From Antedon mediterranea (lineage: Eukaryota > Animalia > Echinodermata), in assembly GCF_964355755.1 (NCBI RefSeq), contig NC_092670.1, positions 26,894,795 through 26,958,794 of the forward strand: a DNA stretch of 64,000 nucleotides, written 5' to 3'. Positions 11,161-23,000 of the stretch are shown here, piece after piece. The translations under genes were made by a program, and so were the position numbers. Each line of letters opens with the position of its first letter. Positions within the stretch are counted from its first letter, which is position 1. The notes under the pieces are model-generated. The model was not told where the DNA came from, did not search any database, and saw only the letters and a list, made by a program, of their open reading frames with translations.

Positions 11161-13876
11161 GAGCTATATTTCCTATACCATCCTGGCTAGTTGAGAATTC
11201 TCAACTATTTTAAGTTTTTTCTACCTTTCTGGAAAATGATATAATCCAAATTGTATTCATACTACCAGTAATAAATATTTAGAAACACTTGCATACCTTC
11301 ACTAATTTTAGTTGTTTGTAGTTTAAGACAATCTTAGTGATATTTAAATGAAAACAATACGATAAAAACTATTGTGTCTGTATTTTACAAGACTATGACT
11401 TCCGTATAACGTGCATTCTGGGTACTTCAATTTTTATAGAAAAGCTAGGGAATCCTAATTTAGTAGGCAGCATATGGGGGCGGGGCAACCAAACTTGCTT
11501 ATCAAATCAAAGCACAGTAAAGCAAAGGATAAAATTAATGTACGATCCAGTTTACCACTGTTCTCAACTATAGTCATTTTAGTATACTTGAGCACAGTGA
11601 TAAAGAATAGGATAAACTTAACAATATACAACAAAAAACATTAATGTACGATCCAGTTTAACAGTGTTCTCAACTATAGTCATTTTGGTATACTTGAGAA
11701 CAGTGATAAAGAATAGGATAAACTTAACAATATACAACAAATAACATTAATGTATGATCCCGTTTAACACTGTTCTCAACTATAGTAATTTTGGTATACT
11801 TGAGCACAGTGATAAAGAATAGGATAAACTTAACAATATACAACAAATAACATTAATGTACGATGTAGTTTAACACTGTTCTCAACTATAGTCATTTTGG
11901 TATACTTGAGCACAGTGATAAAGAATAGGATAAACTTAATAATATACAACAAATAGCATTAATGTACGATCCAGTTTAACACTGTTCTCAACTATAGTCA
12001 TTTTGGTATACTTGAGCACAGTGATAAAGAATAGGATAAACTTAATAATATACAACAAATAACATTAATGTACGATCCAGTTTAACACTGTTCTCAACTA
12101 TAGTCATTTTGGTATACTTAAGCACAGAGATAAAGAATAGGATAAACTTAATAATATACAACAAATAGCATTAAGGTATGATCCCGTTTAACACTGTTCT
12201 CGACTATAGTCATTTTGGTATACTTGAGCACAGTGATAAAGAATAGGATAAACTTAATAATATACAACAAATAACATTAATGTACGATCCCGTTTAACAC
12301 TGTTCTTGACTATAGTCATTTTGGTATACTTGAGCACAGTGATAAAGAATAGGATAAACTTAATAATATACAACAAATAGCATTAATGTACGATCCCGTT
12401 TAACACTGTTCTCGACTATAGTCATTTTGGTATACTTGAGCACAGTGATAAAGAATAGGATAAACTTAATAATATACAACAAATAACATTAATGTACGAT
12501 CCAGTTTAACACTGTTCTCAACTATAGTCATTTTGGTATAGTTAAGCACAGTGATAAAGAATAGGATAAACTTAATAATATACAACAAATAACATTAATG
12601 TATGATCCCGTTTAACACTGTTCTCGACTATAGTCATTTTGGTATACTTGAGCACAGTGATAAAGAATAGGATAAACTTAACAATATACAACAAATAACA
12701 TTAATGTATGATCTCGTTTAACACTGTTCTCAACTATAGTTATTTTGGTATATTTGAGCACAGTGATAAAGAATAGGATAAACTTAACAATATACAACAA
12801 ATAGCATTAATGTACGATCCCGTTTAACACTTTTCTCAACTATAGTCATTTTGGTATACTACTTGAGCACAGTGATAAAAAATAGGATAAACTTAATAAT
12901 ATACAACAAATAACCTTAATGTACGATCCAGTTTAACACTTTTCTCGACTATAGTCATTTTGGTATACTTGAGCACAGTGATAAAGAATAGGATAAACTT
13001 AACAATAAACAACAAATAACATTAATGTACGATCCAGTTTAACACTGTTCTCAACTATAGTCATTTTGGTATACTTGAGCACAGTGATAAAGAATAGGAT
13101 AAACTTAAAAATATAAGTTAAGTTTATCCTATTCTTTATCACTGTGCTCAAGTATACCAAAATGACTATAGTTGAGAACAGTGTTAAACGGGATCGTACA
13201 TTGTTGTTGTATATTGTTAAGTTTATCCTATTCTTTATCACTGTGCTCAAGTATACCAAAATGACTATAGTTGAGAACAGTGTTAAACGGGATCGTACAT
13301 TGTTGTTGTATATTGTTAAGTTTATCCTATTCTTTATCACTGTGTTCAAGTATACCAAAATGACTATAGTTGAGAACAGTGTTAAACGGGATCGTACATT
13401 AATGTTATTTGTCGTATATTGTTAAGTTTATCCTATTCTTTATCAATGTGCTCAAGTATACCAAAATGACTATAGTTGAGAACAGTGTTAAACTACATCG
13501 TACATTAATGTTATTTGTTGTATATTGTTAAGTGTATTCTTTATTCTTATTAATTGTATTAAATTATTAAAAGAAACAGTAGTAAGCATAACATTTGCCC
13601 ACTCCTACATTAGCATGGTAGGACATTGTAATGGTCGCAGGTGGCTCAACTTTATTACTGCAATGGGATGGACATGGTCCTACTACCACCTTACCATCCA
13701 ATAGGATTCCAGTAAATTTCCTTTACTACCAATCATAATTCAGAAATGAAATGATCCCTTAAGTTAACAAGGAAATCAGCCTATCCCATTATACTGGTAG
13801 GCTTCGTCGTTACAGGCGTACTGCGGTAATAGTTGAGAATTCTCAACTAGCCAATTTGGTATATTTTATATACCTG
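11161..13876. mobile_element. Non-autonomous TIR DNA transposon (7-bp TSD; possibly P superfamily) containing a satellite array
   Basis: TSD GATCACC at 11154-11160 and 13877-13883. The 49-bp TIRs match 40/49 ungapped, and each includes the palindrome TAGTTGAGAATTCTCAACTA. Confidence 0.8.
11535..13535. repeat. ~106-bp tandem repeat array with an internal orientation switch
   Basis: About 15 forward units (CATTAATGTACGATCCAGTTTAACACTGTTCTCAACTATAGTC...) run to about 13110, then about 4 reverse-complement units run from about 13117. Confidence 0.95.
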
Positions 13877-13919
13877 GATCACCATAAAAGATTGACTGAA
13901 TGAATGAATAGTACTACTA

Positions 13920-14107
13920 TGACGTCTGGTGGTAAAAGTCCATCGAATGACGTCATCTGCCCACATCCGGCCTTGTTGCGCAATCCACCACCGCGCCAAC
14001 AAAAAAGCAGAGCTGATAGTGACAGAATTCTTTTACCTTCCTTCTTTGCGAAAGGTGCACATGTTTCGTTTTAGGTCTTACACTACAACAAAACCGGAAA
14101 ATAATAA
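13920..14107 (+). promoter_or_regulatory. Putative ABCF2 promoter and non-coding first exon
   Basis: Locally CpG-rich, with a CRE palindrome TGACGTCA at 13948-13955 and an ETS-like CCGGAA at 14094. A strong GTAAGT donor lies at 14108, and the ATG-containing exon has an acceptor at 16934, which implies an upstream exon. Confidence 0.45.
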
Positions 14108-17009
14108 GTAAGTAATATATATACACATTTTATAAATAATATTGTCAGTTGATTTAACTGTATTATTTAGGTAACATTGGATCTAATGACAGTTTATATT
14201 AATTAAGAGTTTCAGGTTAGGCCTGTAAATTTGTCTCAATCCGTCAAGCAGAGAGAGTAGGCCTACCTAGGGCCTAGCCTAACTAGCTAGGAGGCCTACC
14301 ACCGCCGATATGTTCATGTCGACACAGCAGGGAATTGATGAATGAGGTGGTATTTCTCGCTTCTCAACTAGGCAACGGCTTGTGGATTGTTACACTAGGC
14401 TTAATTTTTAAATAAGAATATATTAATAATTATTTAAAAATGTCCGAAATACAATATCCCAACAAAAAATGTTATGTTTTATTATAATTTTTAGGGCTAG
14501 GCCTGGCCAAACAAATCTCTAGGCCTAGCCAACCAAATCTAGGCCTAGGCCTATTTATTTTCTAATTTAATAAACTATTGAGATAAAATCAACATCCATA
14601 TTTTGTGTGGAGCGCCGCTAGATAAGCTTTTTATCATTTAGTAACGTTGGATATCGGTCGCGTTTTTGGTCGCACTAATTTTTATGGGGAGCACAATACA
14701 TTATCGCCGTTTCTAGGGAAAATGCTTATTATGTTTTAGTTAAAATATAGGAATTCTAATAATACTCCTATTGATAGGGATACCGAGAGCTGACTCAATT
14801 TTCATTACCACGATTAAACAGCGCGCACGTTACTATGCGCGCAATGTCATTGACGTGGTGTTTTTTACTTTGGTAAACACCTTTTATTAGGTAATTATTC
14901 TAAAAAAATTTATTATGAAAATATCCTTTTGAGTAAATATTTATTTACCTATTATTCAGATCAAGTATTTTTTATTTCCATTTCATTCAACCAAAAATGT
15001 GAATATAGTGGTTAAAAGATCGTTATCGCCTAGCGCGTATAGCTTTTGTTTACTACAAAACCCTCGGAAGCCTCAATGACCTACCATTTTCAACCTTATT
15101 TTTGTAGTTGAGCCTCTTATGACCTAAAAATGTTTTTTATTTCTACACCAAGATAATATAGTTCCACATACCATGTGCTTGTTACTAAGAAAAATATTAA
15201 TTTTAAGTGCTAAAAAAAAACCAGTTTTATTCCGATATGAGGCCTTTATGATTCGAATATTTCATTTCACCGATATACCATGAAAAATATCCGTTTTGTC
15301 CATTTTTAAAAAAAATTTTGGAAAATTCCGAGGAGCTCAACTACAAAAATGTTATTTTGTGGTATGATGTCATTGCAAGTCAATCAAACCTCTGCATTCG
15401 ACTGCTCCGCAGGTCTCACGGTTGAACGATTTTGGATTCTCGCCCTTTGATTGGTTGACGCGAATCAACACACAGCGGAATAATTTTCTCGCGAGTGCCG
15501 TGAAGTCACATGGTCTAAGACCTGTCCAATTACACATGAAAATAATGCATTGAAATTCTTCGAATGAGGTTAAATTAACACTTTTTTTATATAATAAATA
15601 AAAATATCATATTTTATTGAATTTTACAATGTTGATATACAAAATATATTACTTAAAACCGTACGAAAAATGACTAGTTCATACAATTGTCATAATTCAA
15701 GAGAATATTTAACATTGAGGTGGTTTCCCGTTGCCTTCCTCGCTGTATACTAGCAGCTGTCATTTAGTTTATATCTCTAGATCGGTAACAAAATGGCCAT
15801 TCTACACCTTTTCTGTCATGGATTGGACCCTTAGCCTTCCATTCTACTCTAATTTATTTTATTCTTCATCGTCATTGTTATGATCATATTATATTTATTT
15901 TGTGATGTTGTGCAAAACTAAGCTAGGGCCTAGGACTTCTTTCTTGTGGAATAAGCTCAGTTGAAAACATCCAGAGGTCGACTATACTTTACTGTAGCTG
16001 AAAGTAAAAACATGAAAAAATGCAGACATATATGCTGATAATATGATAATCGTATGTTATTAAACAAGCTCCAATGTAAAATTTAGATTTTGCCGCTAGG
16101 TACTAAAACTATAAATGTACGCAATTGCTAAAATTGGCATTTTGACTAACTTTTAGGATTTTAATAGAAGCTTCAAATATAACTAATAATAATTCAGTGT
16201 TGCCAAAACAACATACCTAGAAGGCGCCTGGATCACCTACAGTAGGCTAAGCCTTCAAGGATTGATACTCGATTGATACAGGTTTTTCGGACGACCCTCA
16301 ATATTATTTTTTATATTTCACACTTTTTCAATTAAAAAAATATTCTAATATAGGCCCTAATCACTTTATTCTTTATCCACAAAAATTATATAATATTTGA
16401 TTTATATAGAGATTGAATTAATGAAAAAATGCGATCCACTAATTAATGTTTTTATATATAGAGCCACCTACTGTCCGACTTCTAAAACAGGGTACCATTT
16501 CGGTTCTTTGGTATTTGAAGCCGTCTATCAGCCATATCGACGTACAGCAGCCATTTTGTTGTTTAACAACGAAGTAAATGTAGAAAAAAAAAAAATCCTG
16601 TGTGACCTTAACCATGACCTTGCATAAATTACTGGTTTTAGAAGAATAATGAATAATTCATGAGGAAAAATGATATGATTGGTAAATTTATAAGTAAACA
16701 GTGTCAGATGATTACTGGAACTTACGGAGTACCAAGCCCCGTCCCCTAGTTCCGTTTCGTACCTTTATTTTATTTCGACTACCTTTCGACTAACTAAAAG
16801 AAACGGAACTAGCGCCTTGATTTTTTTCTATCAGAAAACGAGTTATTTAAAGATTTAAATACAGTGGTGTTAATGTAGACTATTGGCGCTAACTGTACTT
16901 GCGAACCTTACTTATAAACCCAAATTAATTTCAGCTTAAGAAACTGCAAACATAAAACTAAAGGAAGTCTTGTCAGTGTCATCAAGTTTAGCTTCATCAT
17001 CTTGTAATT

Positions 17010-20000
17010 ATGCCTTCCGAACAAGCTAAACGTCGTCAAGCTAAGAAAAAGTCAGCAGCTAAGCAAAAAGGAGGAGCCCGCAAAGAGAGTATTATATCAT
17101 TAAATGGTAAGAAAACAAATTTGGAGTCATTTGGCTAACTGTTGGAGAAATAAATATTGAAAATTACCAGCCTCCTGTTTTCTGGTGGAGAGTGTAGAGT
17201 TAACTAAATTAAATTGTTAGAAAGTTTTCCTAACTTTTGTCACATGTTACATTTTCAAGAAAGCTTGTAACTCTTCTTCTGTAGGGGAAAGTGAAGTAAA
17301 TGGTGTTACTAAAAATATAGCAGAATTGGATATAGACACTGGCAGATCCTGTACTGGAGTATTAGCATCCCATGAAAGTGGCCGGGATCTGAAAATTATC
17401 AACTTCTCATTGACATTTCATGGGGTAGAACTGTTTGGAGATACTACAGTAGAGTTGAATTGTGGAAGACGGTATGGCCTGATGGGGCCTAATGGGTGTG
17501 GTTAGTTACATTTGTTATATTACAACAATATGAATTATGTAGTGTTTTTCAGGATGAATACTTGTAAAGAGTGGGATTGCAATGTCATTTGTTTAGATAC
17601 TTTTTCCAGAATTAAGCTTGATAGATAGCAATAAAAGAAGTTTTTTTCTGCATAACAATTAACATTATGTACTTGATTGGTAGTCTCATTGCTGCAATTC
17701 TATCTCAGCAATGTGAATAAATGAATGCCCATTGTTCAATATTTCTAAGTTAAAATTCCTGATTATAATCAGTTTATTAATTTAGCTTTTTCAATACAGT
17801 TTCTCATAAAAAAGGATTTTATATAATAATTTAAAAATAAATAAAGGGTAAAAATGTTTATATTATGTCTCTTTGTTGCATAGTTCTTTATTGCCCAAGA
17901 CATGTAACGTACCCCTATTTATTGATTGATTATAACATTTTGTGCTTTGTTTTTCTTAGGTAAATCTACATTCTTGAATGTGATTGGTAATCGTGAAGTT
18001 CCTATTCCAGATCATATGGATATATTCCATCTGACTTCAGAGATGAGAGCAAGTGATAAGACAGCTTTGGATTGTGTCAAGGAAGTTGACGAGGAGAGAA
18101 TTAGACTAGAGAAGGAAGCAGAAGAACTTGCTCATGATGATGGAGATGGTAATAATAACATCTTGTTATACAAGAAAGACGCAAAATAATCAATTTTGTT
18201 TAACCTTCCACATATTTTTCTTTGTTGCTAGAAACTTAAATAAATCCCACAAAAGACAAAAAAATATTTGTAGTTCATGGGAAGCATTTCAGTTAACTCC
18301 TAATGCATTTCAATCAGTGGGCCACAAGAAACTAAGTGTGTGATACAATACTGTACATGGTCAAGTGCTAGATAATTTATGAATGCAATTTATTGTATGC
18401 AAGAACAATGTCAGGTATTCAGAGTTTTCAGAACCAGTAAGTTGTTTAATATGTTTTTAATTTTTTTTTGATATTAAAATATTTAATTAATTTCCATTTA
18501 TTTGTTTCAATCATATAGAGGCCCAAGAACGCCTGCTAGATATATATGATCGACTTGAGGAGCTTGATGCGAGCAAAGCAGAAGTGCAGGGTGCTCGTAT
18601 ATTAGACGGGTTAGGATTCACTGCTGACATGATGAATACCAAGACTAAAGACTTCTCTGGAGGTTGGAGAATGAGAATAGCGTTAGCGAGGGCACTTTTT
18701 ATACGACCGCATATATTACTGCTTGATGAGCCTACAAACCATCTAGATTTAGAAGCATGTGTATGGTTAGAAGAGGAGCTTAAATTGTAAGTTGGATGTT
18801 TTAAATTATTTGTTCATGAGCATTAAAAAAATATATATTAAATTATATATTCTTGATCACGACTTTTGGTTGTTTTATTTCTGGCATCTAACCTAAGCAC
18901 TGTCAGTTGAATATTACTATACTTTTTTATTATTTTTCATTTAGATATAAACGTATACTGATTCTAGTGTCTCATTCACAAGATTTCCTGAATGGTGTGT
19001 GTACAAATGTAATCCACATGCATCGAGGCAAGTTTCAGTACTATGGCGTAAGTTTTGTACAATAATAATATTTGATAATGGGGGATTATTTCCCAAAACT
19101 ATCAGCTTAATAACCTATTGTGTTAATAGTGAATACCCTCATACTGCATGACTGTAAAGCTTTGTTTACCAAAGTGAGGAAACAACTCTTTAAATATACT
19201 CTATATTTAATATTTTGTTCAATCTGGTGATTACATACTGCTGTCACTGCATTGTTCACATTTAAAGTTTACCTGTTGGCTGAAAAGTTTCCACATCCAG
19301 GCAAAAAGTTAAATATTAGAACATGGCAACTAGCATGGTCGCCTTACATTTATACTAATTCATTTATAATAATCCCACCCGTCATAGAATCTTTCAAATG
19401 TTTCATATTTAAAAATAACATGTTTTTGTGTTTTTAGGGAAACTATGACCAGTATATTAAAACTAGGAATGAACTGGAACAGAACCAAATGAAACGATAC
19501 CAACGAGAACAAGAGGAGATTGCTCATATGAAGGTATGTTTGTGTAACAAGAACTAGAAAGCCACTCCGAGAGTGCATACCTCCGCCTACTGTAAAACTC
19601 TTGAGTTTGGTGGAAAAGTTATGTAACCAGCCTTCCAACTAGTAATAGTTTCAGTTGACTAACAATAGAACAGAAATGCCAAAAACAAACGAGTGAATTT
19701 GAAAAGAAATAGGTTTTTTAAAACTACTCGTTTCATAAAACCTGTACAGTAAATCAAATTATGTTTTGAAATTACAAATCACAAACTAGATTTGAACTTG
19801 TCACTTTGGATGAGTTAGGTCATCTGCAGCGGAAACGCCACATGCAAGTCATACGTTAGAATATTGCGCACAGAAAAACGATTATGCCATTGACAAAATG
19901 TTAGTGTGCTCTGTATTTTGAGTCACGTGTAAGTATATACAGTATACATTATATAAAAAAAGGCATAATTTTGACGAATTTTGAAAGTTGGTAAAATTAC

Positions 20001-23000
20001 TAGAAAAGATTCGAAAAACATAAATCACGTGAAAAAAGATGTTTTTAGCGCTACATGCGCACTGTGTGCGTAAAAATGTCAGGCCTCGAATTTTACCGCG
20101 GCCAGTGCCGTCGGTGCCCTCCCAGTTGGCCTCAATGCCCTCGAAAATGAATAGCACCCACGGCCACTACTGGCCTGCCCTTTTTTTTGCGTTGGCCGCG
20201 AGTGCCCTTCCCGAGTTTTACCAAAATAAAAACCACTGAATTAGATAGAAAATAATGTCAAGAAGATTTGTTTACACGACTCGGTCGAGACGCAAAACTA
20301 TCGCCTGTCTTCGTTGCAAGGGGATTTCCCTAAACGCATTTATTAATACACAAACAGTAAACAAAACATCGAACATTGCAATAGGGTAACCAAAACAATA
20401 TCATCCCGGCCGCCGTGCGTGGTAAATCATGGTATAGATAGTACATTAAAATACAGGGGTGTAAACTTTTAATAATCAAGCTAAAAACGTTCCTCGATCG
20501 GAGGTTACTGAAAGTATTAAAGTCGCACAAATCGAGCTAGCCGCCTTCGATGAAAAAAATATTACACGCACTCGACTCCTAGCTAGCCTATCCTCCCGCC
20601 GCCGATCCGGTCGAGCACACGCAATTCAACCCAATTCAATGCATTGGGAAAACAATTCTATTTGACGCACACGCACCCTCTGATAAGAAATTTCACACAC
20701 AACGTCGTGTGAGAGTACGCGCGGAGGATCGGCGGATCGTTGGAAAAACAATTCCTTTTGACGTACACGCACCCTCTGAGAAGAAAATACCATCTGCATT
20801 CCTGCATGGTGTAGTCCATTATACGTGTAAAATTAGGGGTGTTTACCTTTAGCACCAAAGTTAAACCTGCACCTCAACCCGAAGATCGTTGGAAGTATAT
20901 CATATTTATATTTGATCACACCCACCTCAATAATTCAGCAGACAGATCATCGAAAAATCTTGTTTAACAACGTCGTACACTAAATTACCAAACGAGTTTT
21001 TACCGAATTCAAGGAAATGGTATAGTCCAGAATACACGTGCCGAAGGCTAAACAGAGAGAGAAAGGGGTCGGTGTCCGTCCGTGTTTTGAATTCTTATAA
21101 ATATGGGTTATACTAACAAAAAAGCTTCAGAAATCGAAACTCGGAAAATAACTATAATTTATATTCTACTACATAATGTAATTGGCTTGATTTTTACCGT
21201 GGTTAACACTCTGTGTATGAATAGTTGTAGGTAAGGCCTACAAACAAATTGTTTTTGTATCATGTTTTCTCCGTCGGCTGCTAGCTAAGTAAGGCTGAGT
21301 AGCTTGCTGTTCTAAGGGTTTTTATACCTGTTCCGGGCCTTACTTGGTTGGCTTCACATGCCTTTTTATCGCATTATTTGAAACTAAACGAAACATTCAA
21401 CACAGGACGGTAAACTATAAACGCTGAACATCGTACCTATTTATTATTTATATGGATCGTAAATACACGTAATATTTATATGAAATACAAAAACATGTAT
21501 TGTAGACAGTCCTACTACTACTCCGCGATCTGATGAATAGGGGGAAATCCCAAAACATTTTGCGGGTAGAATTTTTTTTTTTTGAAAAAAATTCCACCCT
21601 CAACCGGAAACAAGCTATTTTTTAATTTTGGCCTAGTTATTAAAATATTTTTTAATTTTGGCCTTGGTGCCCCTTTGATTTAAAACAAATGGCCTTGGTG
21701 CCCTCCCATTTGGCCTTGGTTCCCCTAAAATCAATGAAAACCGGGGGCCAAATGGCCTTGCCCCTAAAATCCCCAAATTCGAGGCCTGAAATGTGCGTGC
21801 ACGTGTGAATTTTTGACATGCTTAAAATGACATGAAACGCATAGAAAGTTGATTAGAAATTTATTTTTCGCAATTTTTAAACGCGCGTTTAACTTTATGT
21901 GGAACATGCCATTTTTAGTCCATAGAAAGTTTGCCCTTGATATAACTTAAATTTTCACAAAGTGTCAATATAAAATAACTTATGGTTTTTTAACTATGAT
22001 CAATCTATATATAAATTTACGTAAGGGCAAAAATCGGTAAATCGTGCGTTATTTCTAGAATGTTTACTCGATGGTATATAAAGTTGGTTCGTACTTTCGG
22101 TACTAATTTTAACCACCTGATGTAACCCTGTCTACTAATTAAATTGAGTTCGATAATTAGTTATTGACGATTGGAACGAATTTAGGTTCAACGATTTGCC
22201 CCAAATAGGGGTGTTTTCCGATCGTGGTATACACTGTCTAATGGATGTCAATTTGAAAAATACCCACACACAATAATACGAGGACACTTCGCATTTTCCT
22301 ATCTCCTCCTACGATAATTGTTTTTAATAGCTGAAAACCGGTTGAACAGTTCGAGTACAGCATCATAATGTTGAAGACAGGCTGATTTTCTTTAAAAAAT
22401 GCTATTTTGATACATGTAATATACGTTTTTACACATGTATTGATTTGTGATGAATGGAACATTCCAAATTATTTGGTTTAACCATAGAGGTATAGATTTA
22501 GATTTATGGGCCCCCTTGGAGAATAAACATAAATAGTATTGCAATGCACTTTTGATCGCAATTTGAATCGCAAATATCTTACTGTGAGTGTTGGTACTGT
22601 TAGATATAATATAAACAAATATACAAATAAACTTTATTACTGTGAGTGTGGGTAGGCCCTACTGTTAGATTATAAACATATAATATACAAATAAATAAAC
22701 GTTATTACTGACAGTTGCTTCTCAACGTTTGTATTAATTAATAATTTAAAAATATATAAACGTTCGTACGTAGTGGTGTATCGTTACATGTACTTTACTA
22801 TTTCAATCGACTATGACAGTGAGAGTTTTAACAAAGTATTAAATCGTAAATGTTTTACTGTATTTAGTGGTATATTATTTATAGGCCTATAAAACATTAA
22901 AAACAATATTTCGTTACTGAGTGGATAAGAATATATTTTAAAATGTTTCCTCTTTGTACCTATCTTCTTCCCCCATCCCTCAACCCTTAATGTTACATAC

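Noticed and set aside
12999-13425. ORFs of 119 aa and 93 aa with repeated peptides
   Set aside because: They are translations of the satellite, not genes.
11535-13535. CRISPR-like array
   Set aside because: Units are repeated in full with no unique spacers, the context is eukaryotic, and there are no cas genes.
11154-13883. Dada (RNA-gene-targeting) transposon, suggested by the 7-bp TSD near tRNA copies
   Set aside because: The insertion is not within a tRNA or snRNA sequence and the element has conventional TIRs.
16746-16812. 13-bp inverted repeat CTAGTTCCGTTTC/GAAACGGAACTAG
   Set aside because: Isolated, with no TSD, box motifs or second copy to support a call.
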